Assembly: GCA_000004985.1 (NCBI GenBank)
Contig: GG738867.1
DNA from: Naegleria gruberi
Taxonomy: Eukaryota
Length of the DNA: 64,000 nt
Direction: 5' to 3' (one strand)
Both the position numbers and the translations under genes were made by a program. The notes under the pieces are model-generated. The model had not been told where the DNA came from and ran no database searches. It saw only the letters and a program-made list of their open reading frames with translations. The first letter of the stretch is position 1. Every line of letters starts with the position of its first letter. Positions 1-11,900 of the stretch are shown here, one piece after another.

Positions 1-492
1 TGATGTAATTTCTATATTACTCAACCCACCATCCAATTGATCTAATTTGGCATTCTTAAATATTTCACTCGTAGAAAATCCAGTTAAATCATCATTCGTA
101 TTATTTGTTTTGTAATACATGTCATAGGCATTGTCATTATTAAATATCATCACATCAACAATGTATCTCATCGGAATGGTTGATCTTTCCACTATAATAT
201 TAGGTACGGCTAAACTCACACCAATTATTCTACTTTCGTCCAACACCATTGGATTCACAACAAATTCACTCACAACTGATCCATTAAACATAATGCCATC
301 TTTCTGCCAGTAAAAAACAAATAATGGTAAATCACTGAGAATGGCATAATTGTTATTATTCTTGATGTAATTGGTGTGAAGTTTGCTTGTTAAATAATTT
401 GATAAATTAATTTCTGTTGATGATGAAAAGTGACACACAAATGTCAACACAATAATGCAAATAAGTGATAGGTGGTGTAGATGTGTTGACAT
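1..492 (-). CDS. N-terminal part of a secreted or signal-anchored protein; 5' exon only, continues past window start
   Basis: Minus-strand frame opens at the ATG (revcomp of 490-492) and runs to position 1 with no stop (>160 codons). The N-terminus MSTHLHHLSLICIIVLTFVCHFSSS is hydrophobic and signal-like. It is absent from the ORF track because it has no in-window stop. Confidence 0.5.
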   Translation of the reverse strand, partial: MSTHLHHLSLICIIVLTFVCHFSSSTEINLSNYLTSKLHTNYIKNNNNYAILSDLPLFVFYWQKDGIMFNGSVVSEFVVNPMVLDESRIIGVSLAVPNIIVERSTIPMRYIVDVMIFNNDNAYDMYYKTNNTNDDLTGFSTSEIFKNAKLDQLDGGLSNIEITS

Positions 493-587
493 TCTTTTTG
501 AGGATGGAAAAATCGGGAAGAAATTATCCAATCAACTCCTAAAGATTACAATAAAGTTTCGTTTAGTTTCTACTTGATGCAAAACTA

Positions 588-602
588 TTTCTGGCGCCAA
601 AT
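588..602. promoter_or_regulatory. E2F-like GC-rich element (TTTCTGGCGCCAAAT) about 100 bp upstream of the ATG at 492
   Basis: GGCGCCAAA core in a >75% AT context. It is a member of a motif family recurring in promoters in this window. Confidence 0.3.
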
Positions 603-639
603 TTTTAACAAACATTTTTATAGTTTCATCTTGTGTTGA

Positions 640-2025
640 CTACCACCAACCTCCAACCTTAAATACATCTTTATACAATGCACGAGCTATTTCAATGAAT
701 TCACTTTGAACTTCTTTAGGAATGAACTCAAACGCCAAAATCTTAAATGATGGCCGTTTTGTTCGATTCTTGGCATCTGACTTGATGGCTTCTAAAATAA
801 TCACTCGATCACGTTTCAATTCATCGGATGCAAATTGAATTGCGTTTCCATCTTGTTGCACAGCTCGTAACACCAAATCTCTGTCATTTTTCAATATTAA
901 GGAAGCATATTCCAGAGCCATGCCTTCTTGTTTGACAGCTTCAAACATGACATCTCTGTCATTACTGCAAAATGAACCTCTGATTATATCAATTACAGAA
1001 CCAGAGTAGTATCTATAACTGTTTAGAGTTTGTAAAACTATTTCCTTTTCATTTTGTAGCTCAATAGATGCATATTCAAATGCCATTCCATTCGATTGAA
1101 GTGCTTTCATAACTATTTCTCTATGGTTTCTCAATTCGTGTGATGCAAATTCAAGAGAAATTCCATTTTGCTTAACAGCTTTCATTACAATTTCCTCATC
1201 TCTGTTAAATTCTTCTGATAAATATTCTAAAACAGTTCCTTTGGTTTTCACGCATTGTAAAACAAATTCTCTGAACCATTTCTTGTCATTTCTCAAATCT
1301 TGTGAAGGAAATCTGACAGCAATTCCATCATATTGAGCTGCTTTCATCAAAATTTCCTTGTCATTCCTTGCAATAGCTGACCATTTCAATATTTCTTCAG
1401 TTCCATTATACGATTTGCTTGTTTCCAGAGCTTTCAAAATCAAATCTCTATCCTCAGGAATATTCTCAAATATCCAATAAATCAATTTCCAATTTTCCAC
1501 AGCTTTTAACACAAATTGTTTGTTCTCCCACAAGTTGAGCACTTTTGCAATTCTAATTAACTTGTTTTCGTCTTTGAGTTTGAGAATTTCTTGAATAATA
1601 AACTTTTCGTCTCGTTTCCAATTCAATGAATTTCGAAAATTTAGAAAGGGTGAATTCTTGGAATGTTTTTTCATTGGGTTTTCTTCATCACTTTCATCTT
1701 CCAAATCTGAATCACTAGTTTCGTCTTCTTGATTACTTTCGTCTTGTTCATCTGAATCTGAATTTTCGTTATCAGAATTTTCTATGTTGGAATTTTCAAC
1801 GTCATGATGAAAGTGTGAAGGTTTCAAGTGAAAAGTTTCGAATATCGGTTTCATTATCATTTCAATTTTCAAAGCTTGGGGAACATCTTGGATTCGAATA
1901 GGAAGAAGTTTCGATTTGTGATGTATATCGAGAGAAATTATGACTGGTCCTGTGGTTGCATTTTGATCGGATTTGTTTTTCTTGTTCTTGTTGTGTGAAG
2001 CAGTATCTTGTAAGGATCGTTTCAT
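640..2025 (-). CDS. DUF4116-type repeat protein with an acidic Ser/Asp/Glu N-terminal tract
   Basis: 461-aa ORF with an ATG start. The C-terminal two thirds is about 10 tandem ~30-aa repeats (…L.YAS.ELKNDR[DE]IVL.AVKQ[DN]G.AL.FAS…) characteristic of the DUF4116 repeat family. Confidence 0.7.
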   Translation of the reverse strand: MKRSLQDTASHNKNKKNKSDQNATTGPVIISLDIHHKSKLLPIRIQDVPQALKIEMIMKPIFETFHLKPSHFHHDVENSNIENSDNENSDSDEQDESNQEDETSDSDLEDESDEENPMKKHSKNSPFLNFRNSLNWKRDEKFIIQEILKLKDENKLIRIAKVLNLWENKQFVLKAVENWKLIYWIFENIPEDRDLILKALETSKSYNGTEEILKWSAIARNDKEILMKAAQYDGIAVRFPSQDLRNDKKWFREFVLQCVKTKGTVLEYLSEEFNRDEEIVMKAVKQNGISLEFASHELRNHREIVMKALQSNGMAFEYASIELQNEKEIVLQTLNSYRYYSGSVIDIIRGSFCSNDRDVMFEAVKQEGMALEYASLILKNDRDLVLRAVQQDGNAIQFASDELKRDRVIILEAIKSDAKNRTKRPSFKILAFEFIPKEVQSEFIEIARALYKDVFKVGGWW

Positions 2026-2139
2026 TGTTTTTTTTTGGTTGACTTGTGAACGTTTCTGTGGCCTATGTCTTTGCCTAGCTCTTCAAACATTCAGTGTTCT
2101 TAATAAAGGCAACTTATAACTTGAATACAAAGTAATAAT

Positions 2140-3012
2140 TTATTGTTCTAACATTTTAGTGACAGCAGCGTTAATGTCACCATTAGTTTCTTGCAAAACT
2201 TTGATTAAAACACTGTCATCGACTGGGAATCCAAAACTACGTAATGTGGCAAGACTGTGTGGATCAACATTTGATTGTTGTGGTTGAACAGGTTGTGATA
2301 CTAATGGTGGTTGATTTACAACTGGTGGTTGTTGAACTGGTGATTGAGATGTAACACTTGGTGAGCTAAAGCTAGAATTGAGTGGATGTGGTTGTTGCAT
2401 AGTGACACTATTAGTCAATGTCTTTGTTGGAGTTGTAGTGGCAACTAATGGTGAAACATTACGAGGAACTCCACTTGCTTGAGTCATTGGTTGATTCATA
2501 GCAAATGGTTGCAATTGTGGTTGAGTGGATCCAAATGCCATAACTGGTGGTTGAACTGGTCTAATTGAAGGTTGTTGTGGTTGTTGTGGATACATTGGTT
2601 GGAAAGGATATGGATTTACAGGTTGAACTGGTTGAATAAATGGTGATTGTGTTACAGGAGGTTGAGGTTGAACAAATGGTGATTGAGTTACAGGTGGCTT
2701 TACAGGTTGAATTGGTTGAACAATAGGTTGTGTTACAGGAGGTTGAATTGGCTTTTGCTCAACAACAATTGTTTGTTCAACAACAGGATTTGTTTGTTTC
2801 TTTGGAGTCTTTCCTTCCTTTGCTTGGATCTTGAAAACACCATTCACAGATAACAAATGTCTGGCATGATTCATAGCATCATTAAATTCGGAATCAGTAT
2901 CAAAACGGATCCATTCATTTTGATCATCATTCCAAGCTAACAAAAGATCCTTATCAGCAACACTGGCATATCTTTTGATTTGTTCGGTTACTTGTTGCAA
3001 GTGAGTGGCCAC
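2140..3012 (-). CDS. UBA-domain protein with a Pro/Gln-rich linker and an N-terminal PB1/OPCA-like acidic motif; N-terminus unresolved
   Basis: C-terminal DPHSLATLRSFGFPVDDSVLIKVLQETNGDINAAVTKMLEQ matches the UBA consensus. The N-terminal WNDDQNEWIRFDTDSEFNDAMNH resembles a PB1 OPCA motif. The listed start is GTG and the frame stays open upstream without an ATG. The real start is probably supplied by an upstream exon or a frameshift (candidate ATG at 3266 in another frame). Confidence 0.6.
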   Translation of the reverse strand: MATHLQQVTEQIKRYASVADKDLLLAWNDDQNEWIRFDTDSEFNDAMNHARHLLSVNGVFKIQAKEGKTPKKQTNPVVEQTIVVEQKPIQPPVTQPIVQPIQPVKPPVTQSPFVQPQPPVTQSPFIQPVQPVNPYPFQPMYPQQPQQPSIRPVQPPVMAFGSTQPQLQPFAMNQPMTQASGVPRNVSPLVATTTPTKTLTNSVTMQQPHPLNSSFSSPSVTSQSPVQQPPVVNQPPLVSQPVQPQQSNVDPHSLATLRSFGFPVDDSVLIKVLQETNGDINAAVTKMLEQ

Positions 3013-3346
3013 GATGGTGTTTGTTGTTGTTGTTGGGAAGTTGTTTGTGGAGGAGGTGATTGAAAAACACCGGATTGATTGAGAGGTCTGGCGTGGAACA
3101 TGTTGTTGCTTTGATTTTTTTCTTGTGATTGAATTGGAATGCTTTTCGATGGAAGCGAGTTTTTGAGTCTTTTTCGCTTGGATGGAAACAAGGAACCTTG
3201 AAAACTATTTTTAAAAAAACAAAAGGAATTGTTTGAGGTGATGACTAAACGTGTTTTTTTGACCATCAGGAGGATGGGAATTCTCTCTCGGGTTGAGTTT
3301 TTTTATACAACAAGATTGAAAAGTTACAGTAAAATGTTTATGGAAC

Positions 3347-5238
3347 TTGTTTGGACAACTGTTGATAATTAAAAAATCTGATACCAGTCAGTTTACAATG
3401 AGTCTGTCCTCTGGTAAGGTGTGCAATGCTGTCACAAGAAAAAAAATGCTTTCCCAAGATGATGAAAAAAGTTACCGAAATTGTCAAGAATTAGTTAAAT
3501 GGTTGGAGGAACAGAGGTGTCCACCCACGATTAGAAAAGGTAGGCTGCTCTAAGTGATTTATTAATTATTAATACTTTGGGTAAATCAGCATTACAAGAT
3601 AACGCTTGTGATGAGTGGATTTTGTGTAACAGTGATGAAGAAACTCTGTTGCAAGAATTAAATCTAACCAAATTACAATTACGCGCGTTGATGAGATTCA
3701 TCACTAACTCCTCCTCATCGTCAAGCAATAGCAGCAGCTCATCATCAAACTCTACCAAGAAAGATACACCACAAATTACTTCGAATGAATTTGACAACAA
3801 GTATAACAACATTGGTTTACTGGGAAGTGGAGGTTACGGAAAAGTGTATAAAGTGACGCTCAAGCATAAACCAAGTATTATGCGAGCTGTCAAGGTAATT
3901 GAAGATCGATACGATTTTACTGTTAACGAAGCATTGAAAGAAGTAATGCAAACAATGAAAGTTGCACACAAACATGTTGTGCAAATATATGATGTTACTA
4001 TTACTAATAATCGTTCACTGATGATTGAGATGGAATGTTTGGAATGTGGAAGTTTATACGACCATTTCATTAGGAAACGAGTTAAGCCTTCTGAAAGGAT
4101 AGCCATTTCAATCATTCAGCAGATATTAAGCGCACTTCAATTTATGCAAAAAAGTTTTAAAATGGTTCACAGAGATGTCAAACCAGCAAACATTTTGATT
4201 AGATCTATCGATTTAGACAAGGGTGAAATTGATGTTTGTTTGGCAGATTTTGGATTTGCAAGATCATTTGAACCTTCATCTCAAATATCTAACATTTACG
4301 GTACATTTTCTTATTTAGCTCCTGAAGTTAAATTAGTTTTGGACAATGATGAAATGAGATCAAAACAACCCTACTCAGTAGCTTCTGATATTTATGCATT
4401 AGGTGCAACAATGTTTTATCTAATGACGTTTAATCAAGCCAACCAAGCCAATCATCAATTATTGAATTCGCTAAACCATTACTCATCGAAACTGGTTGCA
4501 ATTATTTTGAAAATGTTAAGTGAAGATCCAATAGATAGACATTTAGAAATTACTACAATCAATATGTCACAAATTTCTACTTTTGGACATGATAACCAAG
4601 TCAAGGAATTAAAGAATCAAGTGACCGAAACAACCTTAGAATCTACAATTATTCAACATACTGCAAATCAAGAAAATATAGTTACTCAATATAATTTAGG
4701 TATGAAGTATATAAAAGGAGAAGGATGTGAAAAATCATTTGAAAAAGCATTTGAATGGTTTGAAAAATCTGCAAATCAAGGATATAATGAAGCCCAATAT
4801 AGGTTAGGTTTGATGTATTGCTTTGGACAAGGATGTAACGAATCATTTGAAAAAGCATTTGAATGGTATGAAAAATCTGCAAATCAAGGACATAATGAGG
4901 CGCAATTTAGGTTAGGTTTGATGTATTATCTTGGAAATGGATGTAAACAATCATTTGAAAAAGCATTTGAATGGTATGAAAAATCTGCAAATCAAGGAAT
5001 TGCTATTGCTCAACATATGTTTGGTGAGATGTATTTACAAGGAGAAGGATGCAAACAATTATTTGAAAAAGCATTTGAATGGTTTGAAAAATCTGCAAAT
5101 CAAGGATATAATGAAGCGCAATTTAATTTAGGTTCGATGTATTTAATTGGAGAAGGATGTGACAAATCATTTGAAAAAGCATTTGAATGGTTTGAAAAAT
5201 CTGCAAATCAAGGACACAAAATGCACAATTTTATTTAG
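3347..5238 (+). CDS. Ser/Thr protein kinase fused to a C-terminal Sel1 (TPR-like) repeat array; 2 exons (3347-3554, 3590-5238)
   Basis: Kinase motifs GSGGYGKVYKV, VKVIE, HRDVKPANIL, DFGFAR and APE are present. The 3577 ORF starts at TTG. The upstream ORF 3347-3553 joins through a 35-nt intron (3555-3589, GTAGGC…CAG) with correct phase, giving …PPTIRK|ALQDNAC…. From about 4690 onward there are repeated 36-aa Sel1 units (GC.KSFEKAFEWYEKSANQG..EAQF.LG.MY). Confidence 0.65.
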
Positions 5239-6038
5239 GTTTGATGTATTATAATGGACAAGGATGTCAACAATCATTTGAAAAAGCTCTTAAATGGTAT
5301 GAAAAATCTGCAAATCAAGGACATAATGAGGCGCAATTTAGGTTAGGTTTGATGTATTATCTTGGAAAAAGATGTAGACAATCATTTGAAAAAGCATTTG
5401 AATGGGTTGAAAAATCTGCAAATCAAGGATATGATGAAGCACAATTTAAGTTAGCCTGGATGTATTTTAATGGAGAAGGATGTGAAAAATCATGTGAAAA
5501 AGCATTTGAATGGTATGAAAAATCTGCAAATCAAGGTCATACAAAAGCTCCATATAGGTTAGGTTTGATGTATTATCTTGGAAAAGGATGTAAACAATCA
5601 TTTGAAAAAGCATTTGAATGGTATGAAAAATCTGCTAATCAAGAAAATGCAGTTGCTAAATTTAATTTAGGTTTGATGTATTATAATGGAGAAGGATGTC
5701 AACAATCATTTGAAAAAGCACTTAAATGGTATAAAAAAGCTGCTAATCAAGAACATGCTAATGCTCAATTTAATTTAGGTTTGATGTATTATAATGGAAA
5801 AGGATGTGAAAAATCATTTGAAAAAGCATTTGAATGGTATGAAAAAGCTGCTAATCAAGAACATGTAAATGCTCAACATGTATTTAGGTTAGATGTATTT
5901 TAATGGAGAAGGATGTAAACAATCATTTGAAAAAGCATTTGAATGGTATGAAAAATCTGCAAATCAAGGACATAATGGTGCGCAATTTAGGTTAGGTTTG
6001 ATGTATTATCTTGGAAAAGGATGTAGACAATCATTTGN
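4682..6038 (+). repeat. Tandem array of about 12.5 108-nt units encoding Sel1 repeats (protein-coding tandem repeat)
   Basis: Near-identical 108-nt periodicity from about 4690 to the N gap at 6039. Units differ by synonymous or conservative changes. Confidence 0.85.
5241..6038 (+). pseudogene. Frameshifted continuation of the Sel1 array (ORFs 5241-5903 and 5893-6111); either a decayed repeat tail or assembly errors next to a gap
   Basis: At about 5216-5240 the unit reads caaggacacaaaatgcacaattttatttagg instead of the canonical caaggacataatgaggcgcaatttaggttagg (indel). A second indel lies at about 5876-5900. The array runs into N's at 6039. Confidence 0.45.
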
Positions 6039-6087
6039 NNNNNNNNNNNNNNNNNNNNNNNNNNNNNNNNNNNNNNNNNNNNNNNNN
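6039..6087. other. Assembly gap (49 N)
   Basis: Run of N; convergent genes run into it from both sides. Confidence 0.99.
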
Positions 6088-8375
6088 GTTATTAAACTTT
6101 CTGTATTGTAACATTCAGAAGAATTTTTCAAATTTCGAGCAGTCTTGTTAAGTTTTTCTGTTGTCAATTCTTGGATATCGAAAAAGTCATCAATAATTGA
6201 GTCATCGGCAAAGTTGATGAAAATTCTGGATAATTTACGTTCCTCCTCGTGTAAGACATAATGTACATTCTGCCAATCGTCAATTTCCTTTGAAATTTCC
6301 TCAAATAGCATAATCCACAACTTTTTCACAAATACAAATCGATAACTATATGATGAATATTGAGAATCAGTTAAAAGGGTCAAAATACGTAATGCATGAA
6401 TAGCATTGGTGCCATACAAATTCTTTGGAAGGACTTGCTCATCGAAAACATTTTGTTTCTTGGAAGATTTCTTAGGTGTGGTTGGTGTCGAGTTATTGGA
6501 ATTATTTGCAGAGGATTTTTCACCATTACTTGATGAGGATGAAATTGGTGAGCTTGTTGGGTCATGTGAAGGACCTGGAGCAATATACAAATCTTTCTCG
6601 CTCAACAATTCAAATTCTGTTGTAACAGATGAAGATCTTAAACCAAAGAAGAGATTCATTACACTTGGAGAGAATCCTAACTTGTTACTAATCACGCTAT
6701 AAATCATTGGAATTAAGAATAGGAGAATAAAGTCCTTGTGTACCTCATCCTTTTCCGTATTCTTCTTTGAGATGTGAATGTCCATATAGGCCAGCCAAGA
6801 TTTAACAATTTCAACCAATTTTTCATTAACATCTGCAATAGCTTGAGATTTGAGAGTGATTTGCTCAACAGTTTTCTGAATTAATTGCTTGTCATGAGAT
6901 TGAATGGCTTTTAGAAGTTGAGTGAAGAGAATGGAAGATTTCATTTCCAATTCCTTATTTTGTTTAGAAACTGATGCGAGTGAGTCCAATGTCTTCTTAA
7001 TGAACTGAATTTCAGATTCATATGTTGGATAATTATCCGATACTGTGTTTGTTGAGTAAATGTCTTTGAATATTTCTTCCAAAAATTCACTTCTTATCTT
7101 TTCTCCCTTTTCATTGAGTTGCTTGATGGCTGGATCAATTCTTGAGAGATTTTCAATTTCCCTTCGTAGCATTGTGTTCTTTGTCTTGACATGGACATCA
7201 ATGGCAGAACATATTGACTGGAGAATGGAATCCAAAGATTGTCTGTCCCCAAATCTATTCAAATTCAATTTGAGAATTTGATACTCAGTATTCTGTGCAT
7301 CTCTATCAACTATGGAATCAACTTCACTTAATCTATACGATCCACCATATTCATCTCTTTTCTTATAATCTGAGGAGAATAGAGTTGTTAGATATTTAGG
7401 TTGTGTACTTTCGAATAATAGCAACTCTGAAATGGTTGTAATTTTCGTCGCACTTTCGGACAATAACACATTGGCCAATAATGCATGCTCACTTAATGAA
7501 GATGAAATGCATGATTTGTGCATTTGCTTGAGGGAAATGGATAAATTGATTGAACTTGCAACATCCTCAATTAAATTATTGAAACCATTAGATTTTTCAC
7601 CATTTCTTCTCATTGCATTGATAACATCCTCAACAAATTGAATATCAAACAAATCTTCGAGAATAATACTAACTACTTGATGGATCCAATCTTTGGAGAG
7701 TGAAGATTCCAATTGTGTCATGATTTCCATTACTAATAAATCAAAATACTTTTCAAATCCTAATTTTCTTCTCTTCTCTGGATTTTTAATGATGAATGCA
7801 ACCTTTGCAGGAAATAAATTCGTTAATTCCTTTGTCATTTTCATGACTTTTGCCAATCTTTGATGAAATTTCAATACTTCTGAATATCTTCTATGTGATG
7901 AAAGTGAACATTTTCCATTTCTGACAGTCATTGTTATTTGATATTTCATTTTCGATGTCCCAACAACAATGAATGGACAAGACAATTTGAAACACTTGAA
8001 TTCTGCTGATGGAATTAGTAATTGATCCTCCTGTGCGAGTTCACTCAACCAAGTAACTTTCTGTACATTGTTTTGTGATGTTATTGTGACTGGTGAAGAG
8101 GAAACACTATTTTCAACTCTAGGAGATTGTTGATCTTGTTTACCATTATTCGTATTGTTGTTGTTATTATTATTATTATTGTTGGCAGTATTAGAATCTG
8201 GTGGTGAAGAATTATTGGAAGAGGATTTTTGGAATCGTCCAGCCATTGGTGAAGTATTCGAAATGATTGTAGCAAATCTTCTCACTCTGACAGGTGTTGT
8301 TAGTTGACCTTGTTGCACAACTTCGGAAGAAGCATTATTCTCTTCACCTGATGATGGTGATGAGGTTTGGGACAT
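6088..8375 (-). CDS. PX (phox-homology) domain protein with a poly-Asn tract; C-terminus lost in the gap
   Basis: ATG at 8375. …KYQITMTVRNGKCSLSSHRRYSEVLKFHQRL…LFPAKVAFIIKNPEKRRKLGFEKYFDLL matches the PX-domain RR[YF]S[DE]F…P.LP…R(R/K)..L..Y motif. The frame is still open at the gap edge (…ECYNTESLI). Confidence 0.65.
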
Positions 8376-8933
8376 TTTCTTTTAGTTTCGTCGTCGCTTT
8401 TATTACTTCTCGAAGAGTTTGAAAAGGACGAGGGTGGAAAGTGGATTTTCTGTTCCTGGCAGTGATTCGTGCTGATATTGAATATTGTTCTGTGTGTGAT
8501 TCAGATGTTGTGAATATTGTTGCTGTGTAATAGTAGAATGAGAGAATAGAAGGGTAAAAGATCAAAAAGATCTCTTCTCACAAAGAATGTAGTTTTTTTC
8601 TGTCTGATCATTAAAGATTCGGATGAAAGGGTTGTTGGAATTGGATCCGATTGGTTGTTTTCATATGGCCTTGCAATTAATGGTGAGATGTGTGTGGTTG
8701 TTGTGAACAATACGTATATGCGCTGCTGAAAAGTGATTTCGAGATTGAAATTAATAAATAAGGTTCTAAAGCAAAAGTTGTTTTATAATTCAGCAATTCT
8801 CAATCACAGAATTATCTGATGATCACACTTGGTAAGCTTGTGTTTGGCTTCAAAGTATTCTTGAAGAATTCATAAAAATTAATTTTAATAATTTAAATTT
8901 TTTTTAAAAAATTAAAGCAGCACCAATAACAAT

Positions 8934-11900
8934 ATGATTAGAACATCATCATCGCTGCCGAAAAATAGTAGTGGCAAGGCTTCTTCAACAAAATCAAATA
9001 CTGAGGAGCTTTGTGATTATTATAAAAGATCATTTTCTTTATTGTATGGAGTTTTGACTTCTCCTGTAGATAATTTTCCGTGGGTATGTGTGGATTAATC
9101 ATCATGATGATTTTTAATATGAATTGTTTACTATTAAATAGGCTCAAGTTTTGGAAAGTGTAAAGAATTCATTAAAGGATGTATGGAAAAGTTTTGAAAA
9201 TAGAAAACCTGAAGAAAAGGATATCAAACAAAAGGATATTGTTTCTGAATTGGTGAAGAGAACGGTATGTTTTGGAGATATCAAAATTTATTGATTATCA
9301 TTCTTGTAGAAATTAAACGAAGATAGCTGTTACAGATTGTTGGAAGATTATGTTGTTTGTGAAGCTCCTGATGCTCTCACATCAGACTCACAATCCATTC
9401 AAAAAGTATGTTCACATTCTTGATTATTATAATAATTATAATAATAACTTAATTAATAATATTAATGGATTATTATCTAAATATTTAGATTATTAATTTT
9501 TATTATTCGGAAAGAATTTTATTACTAGAGTGTATTTCAACAATTCTTAGGATTGATACTGAATATTCGGAAGACGATAATTGTGATGAAAGGACAAAAG
9601 TTTGCCACGATATTGCAACTTGGCTTTTCAATAATAACCTTGAACAAACTATGCACACCCTATTTTTTGATGCCTGTGATATTAACACACATTTGAAGAG
9701 TATTAATGAGTCATCATTAACCGAGACTGAAGCCACCAGAAGAAAGGTAGAGCTTACCGAACAAAAATTGAATGAACAAGCTTCTATACTAAATGTCTTG
9801 TTCATGCTCTATTATGGAAGACAATGCGATTTCAAAACATTTTTAAATTTAATTTCTCAACATTATCATGTAAGTATACTGAAACTTAAATATATTACTC
9901 ACACTTGTTCTAAAGGCAAACGATTTCGGAAATATTAATAGAAGTATTGGAAATGTTTCTATTAAAGGATTTCAAACAATAAGGAGAATAGTATGTTTGT
10001 CTGTACTGCTCTTTGTGGAAATTCTTGGATTTGAAAACGCTCTTGAAAAAACAAATCAAGGTGGAACATACTCTTCCTTCAAAGAAAGAGAAATTGCTAT
10101 GATAAATGACAACCTCAAGACACTTATTGATGAACCTCACACGGCAGCCATCAGAATATTTTGGGCAGCTTTCCTTCATCTTACCCAAAATAATGTTTCA
10201 CCACAAGTAATTTATGATCTGGCTCAAAAAGGTATTAAAGAAAATGGATTGGAATTTATTAGAAAAATGTTTGACAGAGATGATAATCCATTTGTGGTAA
10301 ATAATAATAATATTGAGGGTTATAGAACAGTGGTTTCAGGAGGAGTTTCATGCATCTACTTTTTATTTAGATTCCACAAAATTCCATATCAAATTTTGGA
10401 GCAAGTTTTTTCTGTAACTGAAATAGTTATACAACCAAAACCATACTGTATCGAGGATCAAAAATTATCCATGATTTTTAACGATCAAATGTTACAGAAG
10501 CCATATAGCGAGCTGTTGACATATTTCAAATTAGTATTTCCTGCTAGGAAAGAAATTCTTAGATTATTATCTTTAATGTGTTGTGATAATCAAAGTACAG
10601 TGAGCGTGAGATCTATTATGGAGTCACAAGACACATACTGTATTGAGATGACCCACACAGAGCTTAAGAGAATATGCGGACTGGACCAATCAAATTCAAA
10701 TGAATGGGAAACAAAACAAACACCTTTAGTTACGATAACATCAGTTAGAGACGAGACTACTAATGTAGTGATTCCACCAAATGTACAATGCATAGTTGTT
10801 AATCAAACTGCAGAAACCTGCCTTGTAACTTTCAACTTTTCAAGCTATATTTGGAAACTCATGTTTAGTCAAATTATTGAAGTGTTGCAAAATTCTGTTT
10901 CTATCAATAATCCACATGTTCGTTCGACAATGCACTATTTTTTGAATTTACTCTATAGAGTCATTAGTTTCAAAATGCTTAACATTGAAAAATTAGAAAA
11001 ATACTTGATTGAATTGCTTTTAAGTAAGCAAATTTATTCATCCAGAGACGAGAAGAGAGGAATTGTACAACTTCTTTCACACTTATTGAAGTATTTCTCT
11101 GATTTCCCACTTTCAAGCATTCCTATGGAAATAGTATTATCATGTTCTAAATGTTTGCATGCTCTTTCTGAAGTATCTCCTGTGGATACAGCATGCCAAG
11201 TTTCTCTTTTGATTCAAAAGTATCATTTTTCAAATATTTTGAGAGAAGAATGTATGATTGGTAGATATGGTGCAACCCTAAGCTTACTGGACACAGTGTT
11301 GTCATTGGCCAAAAATCATCCAGGACCAATGGATTCTGTCATAGAAATTCAACCTTTTATTTGCAGCAACATATTTTCTGTTCATGATTCATGGAGATAT
11401 CAAAAATTGGAAGAAAGATGGTTGATTGCTCTTAAGTGTCTTCAAATTTTCAACCAAATTGCTCAAGATTCATTGTGGGCTGAAAGAAAGTCTTCTCAAT
11501 CTCTTGTAGGATGTGGTGGTAGACCACTTTTGAATGCCTTCCTTCACGATGGTAGTTTGTATCAAGTTTTGTTCTCATTGATTGGCTTGGGTGGTACTTT
11601 TCTTGAGAATATCCTTCGTCATGAAAAGACAGATGAAGCAGCAACAGTTCAAAGTCTTATTGTTGAATCTCTCAAGTTGTTGGATTCAATCTTGAGATTC
11701 AGACAAATTGCCAAAGCAACAAATATTTCAACATTTGAGGATGTACTTTTCTCAAAGTTACTAGGAAAACAACAAGTGCCACTCATTACTTCTATTTTTG
11801 AATTTATTGATCATCCTAATGCGCCAGAAATTAGAATTTTAGCATGTAAGATTATTACCTTGATTGCTCAACTCACTGAAGACTACAATTCCAGACCTCC

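Noticed and set aside
131-313. Plus-strand 60-aa ORF at the window start
   Set aside because: It is antisense to the better-supported minus-strand signal-peptide gene that runs off the window.
2988-3266. ATG-initiated ORF overlapping the 5' end of the UBA gene, as an independent gene
   Set aside because: It is Ser/Lys/Gln-rich low complexity with no domain. It is more likely the frameshifted or alternative 5' part of the UBA gene (see finding). It is not listed separately.
3531-4115. Short antisense or alternate-frame ORFs inside large genes (e.g. 3531-3812, 3834-4115, 4682-4882, 6380-6702, 7060-7641, 10590-13758 minus-strand ORFs, 15310-16836, 22079-22318, 25551-25883, 30390-30773, 32189-32753, 37644-37892, 38714-40255, 41325-41726, 42417-43465, 45921-46154, 47070-47462, 49091-50391, 54006-56498, 59788-60378)
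   Set aside because: They are fully embedded in longer ORFs with domain support. They are typical chance ORFs, and some arise from repeat symmetry.
4682-6038. Highly regular tandem repeats that could superficially suggest a CRISPR-like array
   Set aside because: The period is 108 nt with no unique spacers. The repeats are in-frame coding units (Sel1 repeats) within a eukaryotic gene.
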